Below, one piece after another: positions 19,358 through 31,637 of a DNA stretch of 64,000 nucleotides. A program made the position numbers and the translations under genes. The first letter of the stretch is position 1, and each line of letters begins with the position of its first letter. Below the pieces are notes generated by a model. The model did no database searches, was not told where the DNA came from, and worked only from the letters and a program-made list of their open reading frames with translations. Origin of the DNA: an uncultured Alphaproteobacteria bacterium (GTDB lineage Bacteria > Pseudomonadota > Alphaproteobacteria > Rhizobiales > Rhizobiaceae); NCBI GenBank assembly GCA_963711925.1, contig CAVQFY010000007.1, positions 349,601 through 413,600 of the forward strand, written 5' to 3'.

Positions 19358-20311
19358 CTAAAGACTACGGCCGATGGCCAGATATTTATCGCGCCGGTCC
19401 TGTCTCAGCATGTCACGATCCATATTGCCCATGGATTTGAGAGCGACGTTGATAATGTTGCCCGTTGCCTCGATCGCTGCATCCTTGCCGCGGTGCGCGC
19501 CGCCCATCGGTTCGGGAATGATGCCGTCGATGATCTTCAATTCGTAAAGATCCTGTGCGGTGATACGCATCGAAGTTGCGGCATCTCTAGCCCGGGTGGA
19601 ATCGTGCCAGAGAATGGACGCTGCGCCCTCCGGTGAAATCACCGAGTAGATCGAATGTTCGAGCATGTAGACACGGTTGGCCGTGGCAATCGCTATGGCT
19701 CCGCCGGACCCGCCTTCTCCGATGATAACTGAGACGATCGGCACTTTCAGATTGAGGCAAGCGGCAGTCGAACGGGCAATGGCCTCCGCTTGTCCGCGCT
19801 CTTCCGCCGCGATCCCCGGAAAGGCACCCGCTGTATCGACGAGCGTAATCACCGGCAAGTTGAAACGGTCGGCCAGATCCATGATGCGCACGGCCTTGCG
19901 ATAGCCTTCGGGCATGGCCATGCCGAAATTGTGTTTGAGGCGTGTCTTGGTGTCGTTGCCCTTTTCCTGCCCGATAACGGCGACGGCTTGACCATTGAAG
20001 CGGGCGAGACCGGCCTGGACAGCATCATCGTCCGCATAGTTGCGGTCGCCTGCAAGCGGCGTGAAATCGGTGAAGAGCTTGGAGATATAATCCACACAGT
20101 GAGGCCGGTCTGGATGACGTGCAATCTGCGCCTTCTGCCAGGGGGTTAGCTTGCGGTAAAGATCGCGCAACGCCTCGGCGGACCTTTTCTCCAAGCGCAT
20201 GATCTCTTCGTTGGTGTCGAGAGCATCGCCTTCCTCGGCAAGCTTTTTCAACTCGAGAATCTTGCCGTCGAGATCAGCAACCGGCTTTTCAAAGTCAAGG
20301 TAGTTATACAT
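19358..20311 (-). CDS. accA: Acetyl-CoA carboxylase carboxyltransferase alpha subunit
   Basis: [29 protein letters not shown]. Confidence 0.97.
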   Translation of the reverse strand: MYNYLDFEKPVADLDGKILELKKLAEEGDALDTNEEIMRLEKRSAEALRDLYRKLTPWQKAQIARHPDRPHCVDYISKLFTDFTPLAGDRNYADDDAVQAGLARFNGQAVAVIGQEKGNDTKTRLKHNFGMAMPEGYRKAVRIMDLADRFNLPVITLVDTAGAFPGIAAEERGQAEAIARSTAACLNLKVPIVSVIIGEGGSGGAIAIATANRVYMLEHSIYSVISPEGAASILWHDSTRARDAATSMRITAQDLYELKIIDGIIPEPMGGAHRGKDAAIEATGNIINVALKSMGNMDRDMLRQDRRDKYLAIGRSL

Positions 20312-20451
20312 GGACGAGGGGTCTGCCTGCAAAACGGTGGATTTTTCACGACCTAACTGGCTGTTGCCGAGGCGCATGTCAAGGAAGCAAGGCTGAGATC
20401 ATGCATTGGCGGCGCACGTTATAGAGGGAATTGCGGCAAAGGGATGGTGGT

Positions 20452-20958
20452 TTATTTAGCCGGACTTTTGCGTTTCGCTGGCTTGGCGCCATTTGAGCGC
20501 CTAGCGCGCTTTGGGGTCTTGCTGCGCTTCCAGCCAATCCATCTGCCTTCACCTGCATAGTTGTGAAAGCCGCCAGCTGCTGCGATCAGCCCCTGCCGCA
20601 CTTCGTCTAGATCAAGCCCTGGCAAATTTTGCAGGAGAACTGGTGGCAGGTGATCGATGTTGAGCCAAGTCTGGTCAAAATAGATGTGTTCCGGTCCGCT
20701 TTCGCTGATTACAGCAAAGAACCAGCGGCCTTCCATGACATCGCCGAACCACGGATCAGGAAACATGGAGGGCGAGAAGTCAAATCCAAACGCGGTTACT
20801 TCATCCCAACGCCAGTTTTGCCGCCAATTCATTGCGCGGGCCAAATGGCTGGAGCGGCTGAATCCCGTTTCGTCAAAGTGGATCACTTCGCTGTCGGGTT
20901 CGACAGACGATGACTCTGATCTGTAAAACAATCTCTTCAACAGCTGCCACATGGCCAT
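20452..20958 (-). CDS. Hypothetical protein between xerD and accA
   Basis: Open frame of about 168 aa, Trp/Phe rich, no recognised family; start uncertain. Confidence 0.6.
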   Translation of the reverse strand: MAMWQLLKRLFYRSESSSVEPDSEVIHFDETGFSRSSHLARAMNWRQNWRWDEVTAFGFDFSPSMFPDPWFGDVMEGRWFFAVISESGPEHIYFDQTWLNIDHLPPVLLQNLPGLDLDEVRQGLIAAAGGFHNYAGEGRWIGWKRSKTPKRARRSNGAKPAKRKSPAK

Positions 20959-20999
20959 TCCGCCAGTTTGCTGGGTCCACTCCATCGGTGAGCCAGCAT

Positions 21000-21926
21000 T
21001 TAGTCTGCCAGAGGGTGATGCTCCGTGACAAGCTGATGCAGCCGCTCTTCCATCACATGTGTGTAAATTTGCGTGGTCGAAATATCCGAATGGCCGAGTA
21101 ATTGTTGCACAGCACGCAGGTCCGCGCCGTTTTGCAAGAGATGGCTGGCAAAGGCATGACGCAAAACATGGGGCGATATCGCCGATGTTTTGAGGCCCGC
21201 TCGCGCGGCAAGCCCTTTCAGTTCCCGTGCGAACACCTGTCGTGCCAGAAAGCCGCTTTCGGATATGGCGGGGAACAGCCAGACACTGGCGGAGAGATTG
21301 GGCAATGCGTCACGCACCGCCAGATACTTTGCCATCGCGTCGCGCGCCTTGCCAGATAAAGGGACGACACGATCTTTCGAGCCTTTGCCGCGGACCATGA
21401 GAAAGCGATTGTCGGAGCGTGCGACCGTCACCGGGAGACCAACGAGTTCAGAAACACGCAGGCCCGTTGCATAAAGAATTTCGAGCAACGCATGCAGTCG
21501 CAGCGCCTGGAGATGAACGGCACCAGATGATTTTGCGTCAAGGGTCTCTTCCTCAGCGCGGGAAAGCAGTTTTTCCACATCCGACTCGCTCAGGATTTTT
21601 GGCAGGGCGCGGTCCTTTTTCGGCGTGTCCAGCGTGCTGGTCGGATCGTCGGTGCGAATATTCTCCATGTAAAGAAAGCGAAAGAACTGGCGTAGGGCCG
21701 AAAGCCGCCGCGCCTGAGACGTGGCTGCATAGCCCCGCCCGGCAATGTCGTCGAGATAAGACCGTATTGTTCCGGGCTCCGCAAAGGTCAATTGGATACC
21801 TGTTGCAACGCTGAACCCTGCGGCATCTTCCAGATCCCGGCGATACGAATCCAATGTGTTTTGTGCGGCGCCACGTTCGGCGCTCATCATTTCAAGGAAG
21901 GTCTCTATGGCTGCTGCTGCTCGCAT
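21000..21926 (-). CDS. xerD: Site-specific tyrosine recombinase XerD
   Basis: [42 protein letters not shown]; located upstream of accA as in Rhizobiales. Confidence 0.92.
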   Translation of the reverse strand: MRAAAAIETFLEMMSAERGAAQNTLDSYRRDLEDAAGFSVATGIQLTFAEPGTIRSYLDDIAGRGYAATSQARRLSALRQFFRFLYMENIRTDDPTSTLDTPKKDRALPKILSESDVEKLLSRAEEETLDAKSSGAVHLQALRLHALLEILYATGLRVSELVGLPVTVARSDNRFLMVRGKGSKDRVVPLSGKARDAMAKYLAVRDALPNLSASVWLFPAISESGFLARQVFARELKGLAARAGLKTSAISPHVLRHAFASHLLQNGADLRAVQQLLGHSDISTTQIYTHVMEERLHQLVTEHHPLAD

Positions 21927-21930
21927 CGGC

Positions 21931-22092
21931 TTATTTCGGTGTACCCGGTTTCGGATTAAGCTTTTCAGAGGGAATGCGAATGGTCATTTCCGTCTGCGTG
22001 GGATGCACGAAAGTCACCAGCGCAATCATGCCGGCATAGACGAGCCCTGCGAGAATCGCGAGGATGATGATCAATCGTGTAAGCGTTGGCAT
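21931..22092 (-). CDS. Small single-TM membrane protein (53 aa), not in ORF track
   Basis: Manual translation [53 protein letters not shown]; stop 4 nt before xerD start. Confidence 0.75.
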   Translation of the reverse strand: MPTLTRLIIILAILAGLVYAGMIALVTFVHPTQTEMTIRIPSEKLNPKPGTPK

Positions 22093-22234
22093 TTTCTGTT
22101 TGAATCGTCTTTGTCGGATCGGGTGCTTGGTTCCATAATCCTGCAGCTCAAACCCTTATGATTTGATGAAGCTTGAGTCTTCTAACGCCATAGTTTGCTT
22201 GACGACAGCACGGTTTTCCTGTCGAAACGCAATT

Positions 22235-22859
22235 ATGAATATGACTGAAGACATAGTTGGGGCAGCCGAGATCGCGGAGCTTGCCAAATCCATCAGAGAG
22301 CGCCTCGGACACAGGTCCATCGTGCTTATCGGACTGATGGGCGCGGGCAAATCCACAGTCGGCAAAAAACTGGCGGCACTGGTCGATCTGCCATTCTTCG
22401 ACGCTGACAACGAGATCGAAAAAGTCTCGACCATGACTATTCCGGAACTTTTCGAAGCCTATGGAGAAGCCGAATTTCGGGACCTCGAGCGGCGTGTTAT
22501 TGCGCGCATGCTTGAAAATGGACCGATCGTGCTGGCGACCGGCGGCGGTGCATATATGAATGAACTTACGCGCAAAAGCTATCGCTTCGGAGGGTATTTC
22601 ACTCTGGCTGAAAGCCGAACTTGATGTGCTGATGGCGCGTGTTGCGCGCAAACAGAACCGGCCGCTTCTGAAAAACGATAATCCCCGAGGTGTGATGGAA
22701 CGGCTTATGACCGAGCGCCACCCGATTTATTCGGTCGCCGATCTGGTGGTGAACTCCCGCGAGGAAAAGAAGGAAATCATTGCCTTCGAAGCAATGCAGG
22801 CAATTGCTGGCCATCTTGATGGTATTGAATCCCGCAGCAATGAGGAATCCGGTTCATGA
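22235..22859 (+). CDS. aroK: Shikimate kinase, apparent +1 frameshift at A-run 22574-22577
   Basis: [16 protein letters not shown] in one frame; [15 protein letters not shown] in next frame; removing one A restores ELTRKAIASEG. Confidence 0.9.
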
Positions 22860-23980
22860 CCGACGCGGTTACCACTACCACTGTACCCGTCAAGCTCGGG
22901 GATCGTTCTTACGATATTCTCATCGGGGCCGGATTGATCGAGCGGGCCGGATATGAAATTGCAAAGCGTGCTAAATCGGTGCGTGTCGCTATTATCAGCG
23001 ACGAGACTGTTGCAGGTCTTCATCTCGATAGGCTCACGCGAAGCCTGACAGCTGCCGGTATAGATTCTACGCCCATCTTGGTCGCACCCGGGGAGAAATC
23101 CAAAGGTTTTGCAACACTCGAAACCGTAACCAATGCAATCCTTTCCGCGCGTCTTGAACGCGGCGATATCGTGATTGCTTTTGGAGGCGGTGTCATCGGC
23201 GACCTCGCAGGTTTTGCGGCAGGTATTGCCCGTCGCGGCATGGGATTCATCCAGATACCTACATCGTTGCTGGCGCAAGTCGATTCGTCTGTTGGTGGCA
23301 AGACAGGCATCAACACGGCGCACGGCAAGAACCTCGTTGGCGTCTTTTATCAGCCACAACTCGTTCTGGCCGATACGGATGTGCTCGACACATTAACGCC
23401 GCGTGAGTTCCGTGCCGGCTACGCTGAAGTTGCAAAATATGGATTGATCGACCGGCCGGATTTTTTTGCCTGGCTGGAAAAGAATTGGCGGGGGATTTTC
23501 GATGGCGGGCCCGAACGCACCGAAGCCATTGCCATATCATGCCAATCCAAAGCCGATGTAGTCTCCAGAGATGAACGCGAAACGGGAGATCGCGCGCTGC
23601 TCAATCTTGGCCATACGTTTGGCCACGCATTGGAAACCGCGACGAATTACGATTCCGGGCGGTTGGTGCATGGCGAAGGCGTCTCCATCGGGATGGTTCT
23701 CGCCCACCAATTTTCCGCAAAGATGAATCTGGCGAGCCCGGACGATGCGGCTCGTGTCGAAGCGCATCTGCGCCATGTGGGGCTCCCGGTTTCCATAGAC
23801 GATATCCCCGGCAAGCTACCCTCCGCGGAAAAACTGATGGACTATATTGCGCAAGATAAAAAAGTAGCGCGCGGGGCGCTCACATTCATTCTGACTCGCG
23901 GCATTGGCCAATCATTTATCGCAAAAGACGTGCCGCCATCTGCTGTGCTAAGCTTTTTGCAGGAGAAACACCCGATATGA
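22856..23980 (+). CDS. aroB: 3-dehydroquinate synthase
   Basis: [42 protein letters not shown]. Confidence 0.97.
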   Translation: MTDAVTTTTVPVKLGDRSYDILIGAGLIERAGYEIAKRAKSVRVAIISDETVAGLHLDRLTRSLTAAGIDSTPILVAPGEKSKGFATLETVTNAILSARLERGDIVIAFGGGVIGDLAGFAAGIARRGMGFIQIPTSLLAQVDSSVGGKTGINTAHGKNLVGVFYQPQLVLADTDVLDTLTPREFRAGYAEVAKYGLIDRPDFFAWLEKNWRGIFDGGPERTEAIAISCQSKADVVSRDERETGDRALLNLGHTFGHALETATNYDSGRLVHGEGVSIGMVLAHQFSAKMNLASPDDAARVEAHLRHVGLPVSIDDIPGKLPSAEKLMDYIAQDKKVARGALTFILTRGIGQSFIAKDVPPSAVLSFLQEKHPI

Positions 23981-25260
23981 CGCTGGAAATCTGGATCTTT
24001 TGCGGAATCATATTCCTTTTGATCCTGATGTCTGCCTTGTTTTCAGGGTCTGAGACCGCTCTGACTGCCGTATCGCGTGCCCGTATGCATCGCTTGTCCA
24101 AGCGCGGCGACGAACGCGCGGTCGTGGTGGAAAATCTGATAGAAAAGCGGGACCGGCTTATTGGTGTCATGCTCATCGGCAATAACCTCATCAACATTCT
24201 AGCCTCGTCGTTGACGACGAGTATGCTGCTGACGTTGTTTGGCCAAGCTGGCGTCGCTTACGCCACGGCGATAATGACAGTGTTGCTAGTCATCTTCGCG
24301 GAGGTATTGCCCAAGTCCTGGGCTATTTCGAGTCCCGACAGAAATTCGCTCGCTCTTGTCCGGTTTGCCCAGATAGTCGTCTTTCTGTTTGGCCCGCTTT
24401 CTGATCTCGTCAATTGGATTGTTCGCCAGATTCTTGCAGTGTTCGGCATCAATCTTGCGGCAGGCACGTCAATGTTGTCAGCTCAGGAAGAACTGCGTGG
24501 CACTGTCGATCTATTGCACAAGGAAGGCTCCGTTGTTAAAGGCGACCGCGACCAGATCGGCGGTCTTCTCGACCTGCGCGAACTCGAAGTCTACGACGTT
24601 ATGATCCACCGGACCGATATGGATTCGGTCAACGCAGACGATCCCATCGAGACCATCATTACAGAAATCCTGGCGAGCCATCATACCCGCATTCCTGTCT
24701 GGAAGGACGCGAATGACAATATCGTCGGCGTTGTTCATGCCAAGGATCTGGTGCGGGCGATCCGCGACGCAAATCGGGACTTTTCCAAGATCAACATCAT
24801 GAAGGTGGCAACGAAGCCGTGGTTCGTTCCGGACACGACAAGTCTTCAGGATCAGCTTAATGCCTTTCTGAGACGCAAAGCGCATATCGCCATCGTGGTC
24901 GATGAATATGGTGACGTGCAAGGATTGATTACTCTCGAAGATATTCTCGAAGAGATCGTTGGCGATATCGCCGATGAGCACGACATCGATGTGCAGGGTT
25001 GCCGTCCTCAACCGGATGGTTCAGTGCTGGTTGACGGCTCAGTCCCCATTCGCGATCTTAACCGGGCCTTGGACTGGCACTTGCCCGACGCCGAAGCGAC
25101 GACCATTGCCGGTCTCGTAATCCACGAAACACAGAGCATTCCAAAAGAAAAGCAGGCCTTCACCTTCCATGGCAAGCGTTTCACAATCCTGAAGCGGGAA
25201 AAAAATCGCATCACGCGGCTGCGCATTCGACCAATCGAGGATGACGACAAGCTGGGTTGA
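23977..25260 (+). CDS. HlyC/CorC family transporter (DUF21-CBS-CorC)
   Basis: [45 protein letters not shown]. Confidence 0.92.
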   Translation: MTLEIWIFCGIIFLLILMSALFSGSETALTAVSRARMHRLSKRGDERAVVVENLIEKRDRLIGVMLIGNNLINILASSLTTSMLLTLFGQAGVAYATAIMTVLLVIFAEVLPKSWAISSPDRNSLALVRFAQIVVFLFGPLSDLVNWIVRQILAVFGINLAAGTSMLSAQEELRGTVDLLHKEGSVVKGDRDQIGGLLDLRELEVYDVMIHRTDMDSVNADDPIETIITEILASHHTRIPVWKDANDNIVGVVHAKDLVRAIRDANRDFSKINIMKVATKPWFVPDTTSLQDQLNAFLRRKAHIAIVVDEYGDVQGLITLEDILEEIVGDIADEHDIDVQGCRPQPDGSVLVDGSVPIRDLNRALDWHLPDAEATTIAGLVIHETQSIPKEKQAFTFHGKRFTILKREKNRITRLRIRPIEDDDKLG

Positions 25261-25275
25261 GCCGAGTCTGAGCTT

Positions 25276-25578
25276 CTAGGCGCGTGTCGCCTCACCCGGT
25301 GCCGCGGGTTCAAGCGCCAGCGCGTGGACGCTGCCATTCAGTTCGTCCTGCAGCACTTCATTGATGGCGCGATGACGCGCAACGCGCGACATGCCGGCGA
25401 ATGCCTCCGTGACAATCCGCACACGAAAATGCGTTTCGCCTGAACCGTCAAATGTGCCATGATGCTCGCTGTCAGAATGATGGTGGCCGGCGTGCAGATG
25501 GCTTTCATTGATGACTGCCAACGAAACAGGATGAAAAGCCTGCATCAGTTTGCTTTCGATCACTGATTGAGTGGACAT
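25276..25578 (-). CDS. bolA: BolA family protein
   Basis: INESHLHAGH, ETHFRVRIV, RHRAIN, VHALAL. Confidence 0.9.
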   Translation of the reverse strand: MSTQSVIESKLMQAFHPVSLAVINESHLHAGHHHSDSEHHGTFDGSGETHFRVRIVTEAFAGMSRVARHRAINEVLQDELNGSVHALALEPAAPGEATRA

Positions 25579-25723
25579 TTCGTTCTCCTGCGCCCATATG
25601 GTAGTTTCACTTGGCAAATCCATTCATGATCACAAATTTACCGCCATTTCAGGCGTTAGGTCTATCCATGGGTAAATGTCAATTCTTGTTCCGCCAACCG
25701 ATCACGTTGATGATTCTGATTCG

Positions 25724-26377
25724 ATGACCTCAAGTTCGAAATATTTTGACAGCATCCGCATCCGCCCGAAAAAGGTGGACGAGGAGAAATCGCGCACACC
25801 CGTCTGCCAATGGGATGGTTGCGACAAGCCTGGACCACATCGCGCGCCGGTGGGGCGTGAGAAGGAAGGCGAGTTCTTCCATTTCTGTATCGACCATGTG
25901 CGCGAGTACAACAAGGGCTATAATTATTTCTCTGGCCTCTCGGATGCCGAGGTAGCCAGATACCAGAAGGAAGCTTTGACGGGCGACCGCCCGACCTGGA
26001 CCGTTGCAGGACTACCTGGAAGCGGAGCGGGCGCAAGCGCCAGTACGCGTGCTCAAGCGAGCGCCAGCGCCAAAACGTCACCGGATTTTTCGAAGTTGCG
26101 TTCGGGTCGCGCGGCATATCAGAACAGATTCCGTGACCCCAACAGCGTTTTCAATGAGGCGCGGGTGCATATCCGCAAGCTCAAGCCATTGGAGTCAAAA
26201 GCACTGGATACGCTCGGGCTTGGCGCAAAAGCCACTGGCGAAGACATAAAGTCGCGCTATAAAGAACTTGTGAAGATCCATCATCCCGATGCTAATGGCG
26301 GTGACAGGGCTTCCGAGGATCGTTTCCGTGACGTAATCCAGGCCTATCAATTGCTCAAAGCGGCTGGTTTCTGCTAA
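25724..26377 (+). CDS. J-domain (DnaJ-like) protein
   Basis: N-terminal CQWDGC..FCIDH, C-terminal J domain with HPD; start uncertain. Confidence 0.88.
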   Translation: MTSSSKYFDSIRIRPKKVDEEKSRTPVCQWDGCDKPGPHRAPVGREKEGEFFHFCIDHVREYNKGYNYFSGLSDAEVARYQKEALTGDRPTWTVAGLPGSGAGASASTRAQASASAKTSPDFSKLRSGRAAYQNRFRDPNSVFNEARVHIRKLKPLESKALDTLGLGAKATGEDIKSRYKELVKIHHPDANGGDRASEDRFRDVIQAYQLLKAAGFC

Positions 26378-26460
26378 CCCACGATTGAGCCGAATTCGGA
26401 ACTTCACAGCGAGGTTCCAAACTATCTTTATGCGTCTGCGCGTGCAGTCGCGCTGGAGGC

Positions 26461-27450
26461 ATGATGAATAAGGTTGATCGCGATATTGCGAATTTGCCGG
26501 ATACAACGGTTTCTGCTGCAAAATTGTTTGGTTTTGAGACCGATATGATGGTTCCTGCCTATAAGGCAGGTGACGCTTATGTGCCGGAAATCGACACGGA
26601 CTATCTATTCGACAAGCAGACCACGCTGGCCATTCTCGCGGGTTTTGCCTTCAACCGCCGTGTTATGGTTTCCGGGTACCATGGTACCGGTAAATCGACC
26701 CATATCGAGCAGGTCGCCGCGCGGCTGAACTGGCCATGCGTGCGTGTCAATCTGGACAGCCACGTCAGCCGTATCGACCTTGTTGGCAAGGATGCAATCG
26801 TCGTCAAAGAAGGTATGCAGATCACGGAATTCCGCGACGGCATTCTGCCCTGGGCTTATCAGCACAATGTCGCGCTTGTATTCGACGAGTACGATGCGGG
26901 ACGTCCGGACGTCATGTTCGTCATCCAGCGCGTGCTCGAATCGTCGGGTCGTCTGACGCTGCTCGATCAAAGTCGCGTTATCCGCCCGCATCCCGCTTTT
27001 CGTCTGTTTGCCACCGCCAATACGGTTGGCCTTGGTGATACGACGGGTCTTTATCATGGCACGCAGCAGATCAATCAGGCGCAGATGGACCGCTGGTCCA
27101 TTGTGACGACCCTCAACTATCTGCCGCACGACAATGAGGCGGCTATCGTTGCCGCCAAGGCCAAGCATTATCAGAACAAGGAAGGCAAGGAGATCGTCTC
27201 CAGGATGGTGCGCGTTGCTGACATGACGCGCGCAGCATTCATCAATGGCGATCTCTCGACTGTCATGAGTCCCCGTACCGTGATCACATGGGCGGAAAAT
27301 GCCGATATCTTCAAGGATGTAGGTTTTGCTTTCCGTTTGACCTTCCTGAACAAGTGCGACGAACTCGAGCGTCCACTGGTCGCCGAGTTCTATCAGCGGG
27401 CGTTTGGCAAGGAACTGCCTGAGTCCACGGCCAACGTGGTCATAGGCTAA
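26461..27450 (+). CDS. cobS: Cobaltochelatase subunit CobS (AAA+)
   Basis: [36 protein letters not shown]. Confidence 0.95.
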   Translation: MMNKVDRDIANLPDTTVSAAKLFGFETDMMVPAYKAGDAYVPEIDTDYLFDKQTTLAILAGFAFNRRVMVSGYHGTGKSTHIEQVAARLNWPCVRVNLDSHVSRIDLVGKDAIVVKEGMQITEFRDGILPWAYQHNVALVFDEYDAGRPDVMFVIQRVLESSGRLTLLDQSRVIRPHPAFRLFATANTVGLGDTTGLYHGTQQINQAQMDRWSIVTTLNYLPHDNEAAIVAAKAKHYQNKEGKEIVSRMVRVADMTRAAFINGDLSTVMSPRTVITWAENADIFKDVGFAFRLTFLNKCDELERPLVAEFYQRAFGKELPESTANVVIG

Positions 27451-27463
27451 GCGTCACATAAAG

Positions 27464-29353
27464 ATGGCAGGTCCCGGAGACAATTCACGTGCGAATCCGA
27501 AAGGTCCGGTTGATTCCGAGCCTTTCAAGCGCGCGCTTACGGGATGCATGCGTGCGATTGCCGGCGACCATGAAATGGAAGTTGGATTCGGTAATGACAA
27601 ACCGGCCCTGACCGGTCATCGTGCCCGGCTTCCTGATCTGCCCAAGCGCCCAACTGCCAATGATGTTGCCGTCACGCGCGGTCTTGGCGACTCGATGGCG
27701 TTGCGCAAAGCCTGTCACAATGACCGCATTCACGCGACGCTGGCGCCCGAGGGCAAGCAGGCGAGGGCGATCTTCGACGCGGTCGAACAGGCGCGTGTAG
27801 AGGCTATCGGCGCGCTGCGTATGGACGGGGTCGCCGAGAATCTGACTTCCATGCTCTCGGACAAATATGCCCGGGCCAATTTCCCTGCGATAACTGATAA
27901 AGCGGAGGCGCCGCTCGAGGAAGCCGTGGCGCTTTTGGTCCGTGAGAAGCTTACGGGCCGCAAAGCTCCCGAATCAGCTGGCAACGTGCTTGACCTGTGG
28001 CGTGACTGGATCGAGGAGAAGGCCGCGGCGGACCTCGACCATCTCGGCGCCAAGATCAACGATCAAAACGCTTTCGCTCGCGTCGTACGCGAGATGCTGG
28101 CTTCCATGGAGATGGCGGAAGAGCTGGCGCAGGAGAGCCAGGAAGACGACAGCCAGGACAATAACGAAGACTCGCCAGAACCGGAAGAAAACAACGAAGG
28201 CGGTTCGGATGAGAACGAGGGCAGCGATTCGTCCGAGAATGATGAGTCCGATACATCCAGCGACGACAGCCAGTCCGGCGAGACCGAAGCCGCCGACGCT
28301 TCGTCTGACGATATGGACGAGGATTCGGACGCGGATGCCGAGATACCGGGCGAGGCGCGGCGCCCCAACCAACCTTTCTCCAATCTTGGCAGTGAGAGCG
28401 GCTACAAGATTTTCACGCAGGAATTCGACGAAACGACCGATGCGGAAGAGCTTTGCGACGAGGCCGAGCTGGAGCGTCTGCGGGCCTTCCTCGACAAGCA
28501 ACTCGCCAATCTCTCTGCTGTCGTTGGACGCTTGGCAAACAAGTTGCAACGCCGTCTGATGGCGCAACAAAACCGCTCATGGGACTTCGATCTGGAGGAG
28601 GGCTACCTCGACAGTGCGCGCCTTGTGCGTATCGTCATCGATCCAACGCAACCACTTTCCTATAAGCAGGAACGCGACACGGATTTCCGCGATACGGTCG
28701 TGACGCTGCTTATCGACAATTCCGGTTCCATGCGCGGGCGGCCGATTACAGTTGCCGCGACGTGCGCGGACATTCTGGCAAGGACGCTGGAGCGTTGCGG
28801 TGTGAAGGTGGAAATCCTCGGGTTCACCACCAAGGCCTGGAAAGGCGGTCAGGCGCGTGAAGCCTGGCTGGAACGTGGCAAGCCTGCCAGTCCCGGACGT
28901 CTCAATGATCTGCGCCACATCGTCTATAAGCGTGCTGACGCTCCATGGCGGCGCGCACGGCGCAATCTTGGCCTGATGATGCGCGAAGGCCTCCTGAAGG
29001 AGAACATCGACGGCGAAGCCCTGATATGGGCGCACCAACGCTTGCTGGGCCGTCCCGAGCAGCGCCGTATCCTGATGATGATCTCGGATGGGGCTCCGGT
29101 TGATGATTCTACCCTTTCGGTCAATCCGGGCAACTATCTCGAGCGGCATTTGCGCGCCGTGATCGAGGAGATCGAAACACGCTCGCCGGTTGAACTGATC
29201 GCCATTGGTATCGGTCATGATGTGACGAGGTACTATCGCCGCGCTGTCACTATCGTCGATGCAGAGGAACTTGCCGGTGCCATGACTGAACAGCTGGCTT
29301 CATTATTTGAAGAGCCGGAGCGACAGAGCGCAAAAAAGTCAATGCGGCGATAA
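27464..29353 (+). CDS. cobT: Cobaltochelatase subunit CobT (vWA)
   Basis: Acidic linker, [36 protein letters not shown]. Confidence 0.95.
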   Translation: MAGPGDNSRANPKGPVDSEPFKRALTGCMRAIAGDHEMEVGFGNDKPALTGHRARLPDLPKRPTANDVAVTRGLGDSMALRKACHNDRIHATLAPEGKQARAIFDAVEQARVEAIGALRMDGVAENLTSMLSDKYARANFPAITDKAEAPLEEAVALLVREKLTGRKAPESAGNVLDLWRDWIEEKAAADLDHLGAKINDQNAFARVVREMLASMEMAEELAQESQEDDSQDNNEDSPEPEENNEGGSDENEGSDSSENDESDTSSDDSQSGETEAADASSDDMDEDSDADAEIPGEARRPNQPFSNLGSESGYKIFTQEFDETTDAEELCDEAELERLRAFLDKQLANLSAVVGRLANKLQRRLMAQQNRSWDFDLEEGYLDSARLVRIVIDPTQPLSYKQERDTDFRDTVVTLLIDNSGSMRGRPITVAATCADILARTLERCGVKVEILGFTTKAWKGGQAREAWLERGKPASPGRLNDLRHIVYKRADAPWRRARRNLGLMMREGLLKENIDGEALIWAHQRLLGRPEQRRILMMISDGAPVDDSTLSVNPGNYLERHLRAVIEEIETRSPVELIAIGIGHDVTRYYRRAVTIVDAEELAGAMTEQLASLFEEPERQSAKKSMRR

Positions 29354-29354
29354 C

Positions 29355-30368
29355 ATGAACCGAACTGCGCTGGCTTTTCGGCGCGCATCGCTTTGCCTCA
29401 CGATCCTTGTTGCAATGCCGGCTTCGGCGGAGGAAAACGCGGTCGTTTCCTCTGCTGTCATCGAGTCCCGTGTGGTCTCCAATTTTCGCATCGGCTCGTC
29501 CGAGAGGCGGTTCGGAGATCTTGAATTTGTTGGCGGTCTGGAAATGACCTCTGCGAGTTCCGACTTTGGCGGCCTTTCCGCGTTTCGCTATCTGGATTCA
29601 GGAAAGAAATTTCTCGGCATCACCGATACTGGCTTCTGGTATGCGGGTACGATGCAGCGCGATGAAGAGGGCAGACCCGCATCGATCAGCAGTTTTCGCT
29701 TGGCACCGATCCAGAGCGAGGAAGGTCTTCCTGTCGAGGGCAAGTGGAACTCCGATGCCGAAGGCATGAGCGTTTACGGCAATACAGTCACTGTTTCGTT
29801 CGAGCGCATCCACCGGATTGCGGAATATGCGCTGGACCTTGAAAACTTTGCCTCGACGCCAAAGAATGTTCCTCTGCCGATACCGAGCGACGAACTGCGC
29901 AACAACCGGGGCATAGAGACGATAGCCTATTCGCCGGCCTCAGGCCCATTGCACGGGGGGCGGATTGCTGTAACCGAAAAAAGCATCAACAAGGCTGGCG
30001 ATATGTTCGCCGCAGTGCTCGAAGGGCCGCAGAAAGGCATTTTCTTTGTCAAACGCCGCGATGATTTCGACGTCAGCGATGGCGATTTCCTGCCCGATGG
30101 TGATTTGCTGCTGCTCGAGCGCCGCTTCAGCATGGCCAGCGGCGTGGTTCTGAGAATACGAAGGATACCCGCGGCAAGCATCAAACCTGGCGCTACGGTC
30201 GACGGCGAATTCATCCTGCAGGCGGACATGCGCAACCAGATAGACAATATGGAAGGGCTGGATGTCTGGCAGACGGCAGACGGTTCTACCCGACTATCGC
30301 TCGTATCGGATGATAATCATTCCATCCTGCAACGGAATCTTTATCTGGAATTCCGGTTTGCCGAGTAG
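29355..30368 (+). CDS. Esterase-like activity of phytase family protein
   Basis: Signal peptide, FGGLSA, DAEG, NRGIE, DNMEGL, VSDDN. Confidence 0.8.
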   Translation: MNRTALAFRRASLCLTILVAMPASAEENAVVSSAVIESRVVSNFRIGSSERRFGDLEFVGGLEMTSASSDFGGLSAFRYLDSGKKFLGITDTGFWYAGTMQRDEEGRPASISSFRLAPIQSEEGLPVEGKWNSDAEGMSVYGNTVTVSFERIHRIAEYALDLENFASTPKNVPLPIPSDELRNNRGIETIAYSPASGPLHGGRIAVTEKSINKAGDMFAAVLEGPQKGIFFVKRRDDFDVSDGDFLPDGDLLLLERRFSMASGVVLRIRRIPAASIKPGATVDGEFILQADMRNQIDNMEGLDVWQTADGSTRLSLVSDDNHSILQRNLYLEFRFAE

Positions 30369-30991
30369 ATAGCGGGGGCGAATATTGCAAGGATCGCTCC
30401 GTAAGGCACCAACATCACGACAGCCATGAACATTTTGACCATCAGATCGCCAAAACCCAACGACATCCACAATGGGATTTCCCTGCCAAGGAAGGGCACC
30501 AGCATGGCAAGTGACGAATCGGCGTGGCCTGTCGCGGTGTCTATCCAGGCAAAGTTGGCAGCAAAGGCGATTGAGAAGAACAGCAATGTGTCTAACAGCG
30601 AACCGAAGATGGCAGAGGCAAAAGGCGCCTTCCACCACGTCAGCTGCCGCAACCTGTTGAATACGGTGATGTCCAGAAGCTGGGCTGTCAGGAATGCCGT
30701 GCCGGATGCGATAGCGATGCGCGGCGTTGCCAGCCAGACCGAAAGGACGACGGCAATCGCAAATCCCACATAGACGACCTTCCGGGCAAAGGCCGGGCCG
30801 AATGTGCGATTTGCAAGATCGTTGACCAGAAAGGCTATCGGATAGGTAAAGGCGCCATAAGTCAGGATTTCTCCCAATCCAAAATGATCAAAAGGATACT
30901 GAACAAGGATATTGGACGCGGCAACGACCGCGCACATAGCTAAAACGGGGAGAATAAAGTCCGAAAAGGTATAGGCGCGTTGCAGCGGCAT
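30341..30991 (-). CDS. Queuosine precursor transporter (VUT/YhhQ family)
   Basis: SNILVQYP, YGAFTYPIAFLVNDL, AQLLDI, DTLLFF. Confidence 0.88.
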   Translation of the reverse strand: MPLQRAYTFSDFILPVLAMCAVVAASNILVQYPFDHFGLGEILTYGAFTYPIAFLVNDLANRTFGPAFARKVVYVGFAIAVVLSVWLATPRIAIASGTAFLTAQLLDITVFNRLRQLTWWKAPFASAIFGSLLDTLLFFSIAFAANFAWIDTATGHADSSLAMLVPFLGREIPLWMSLGFGDLMVKMFMAVVMLVPYGAILAIFAPAIYSANRNSR

Positions 30992-31073
30992 TTTTTTATC
31001 CTGGGTAATGGAACCAGCAATAAGGCCAGCATTTGCTGGCCTCGACGACTAGAAAAATGGAAGCGATTGCTGA

Positions 31074-31373
31074 TTAAGCAGCGACTGGAGCTTCGAGAAG
31101 CTTCTTGGCAATCTGACGCTTCAGGAGACGGGCGCGTTGCGACAGCTCCTTCTCGTCAGCCTTGACCAGGAATGCATCCAGACCACCGCGATGCTCGACG
31201 CTGCGCAGGGCATGGGCCGAAACGCGCAGGCGATAGCTCTGACCGAGGGCTTCGGAGATCAGCGTTACGTGGCAAAGATTCGGCAAGAAGCGGCGGCGCG
31301 TTCTGTTGTTCGCGTGGCTCACATTGTTACCATACTGTACCGACTTAGCGGTCAATTCACATGTGCGGGACAT
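31074..31373 (-). CDS. rpmB: 50S ribosomal protein L28
   Basis: [27 protein letters not shown]. Confidence 0.98.
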   Translation of the reverse strand: MSRTCELTAKSVQYGNNVSHANNRTRRRFLPNLCHVTLISEALGQSYRLRVSAHALRSVEHRGGLDAFLVKADEKELSQRARLLKRQIAKKLLEAPVAA

Positions 31374-31489
31374 CTGGTCTCACCTTCAAATTTTTCATTC
31401 GCCTTTGTCCGAATATTTCCTGCTACCATCGCACGTTGCCGTGCAGCGGCTCGCTTATCGGATGGGCGGCCTATTGGGAAGTCGCGTTT

Positions 31490-31518
31490 CTATAGTGATA
31501 TGGGCCACGCGCGTCAAG
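31490..31518 (-). promoter_or_regulatory. Sigma70 promoter of rpmB
   Basis: Minus strand CTTGAC-N17-CTATAG, matches rhizobial RpoD consensus. Confidence 0.7.
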
Positions 31519-31637
31519 TGCACTTATGCCAAGTTTGGCGCTACTTATATATAATACAGGCCGGCTTTGTAATGTTTATCACAACTTTGCCTGCTTTATA
31601 CGCTCGAACAATCCCTGCAGGGATCCTTTGGACAAGA

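Noticed and set aside
21000-21926. Tyrosine recombinase near tRNA as island integrase
   Set aside because: Length, motifs and accA linkage fit chromosomal XerD, and it lies on the 5' side of the tRNA within core synteny.
22570-22580. Programmed ribosomal frameshift in aroK
   Set aside because: Only an A4 run with no stimulatory structure, and seven similar +1 events occur in unrelated genes.
28130-28330. Low-complexity acidic stretch; also Gln-rich stretch at 47340-47550
   Set aside because: Normal linkers of CobT and the TIGR02302 protein, not DNA repeats.
26461-29353. cobS-cobT without cobN as a novel AAA+/vWA system
   Set aside because: bolA-dnaJ-cobS-cobT separated from cobN is the normal alphaproteobacterial arrangement.
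30992-31073. preQ1 riboswitch upstream of the queuosine precursor transporter
   Set aside because: Only a simple hairpin (31023-31042) after rpmB; no preQ1 motif recognised.
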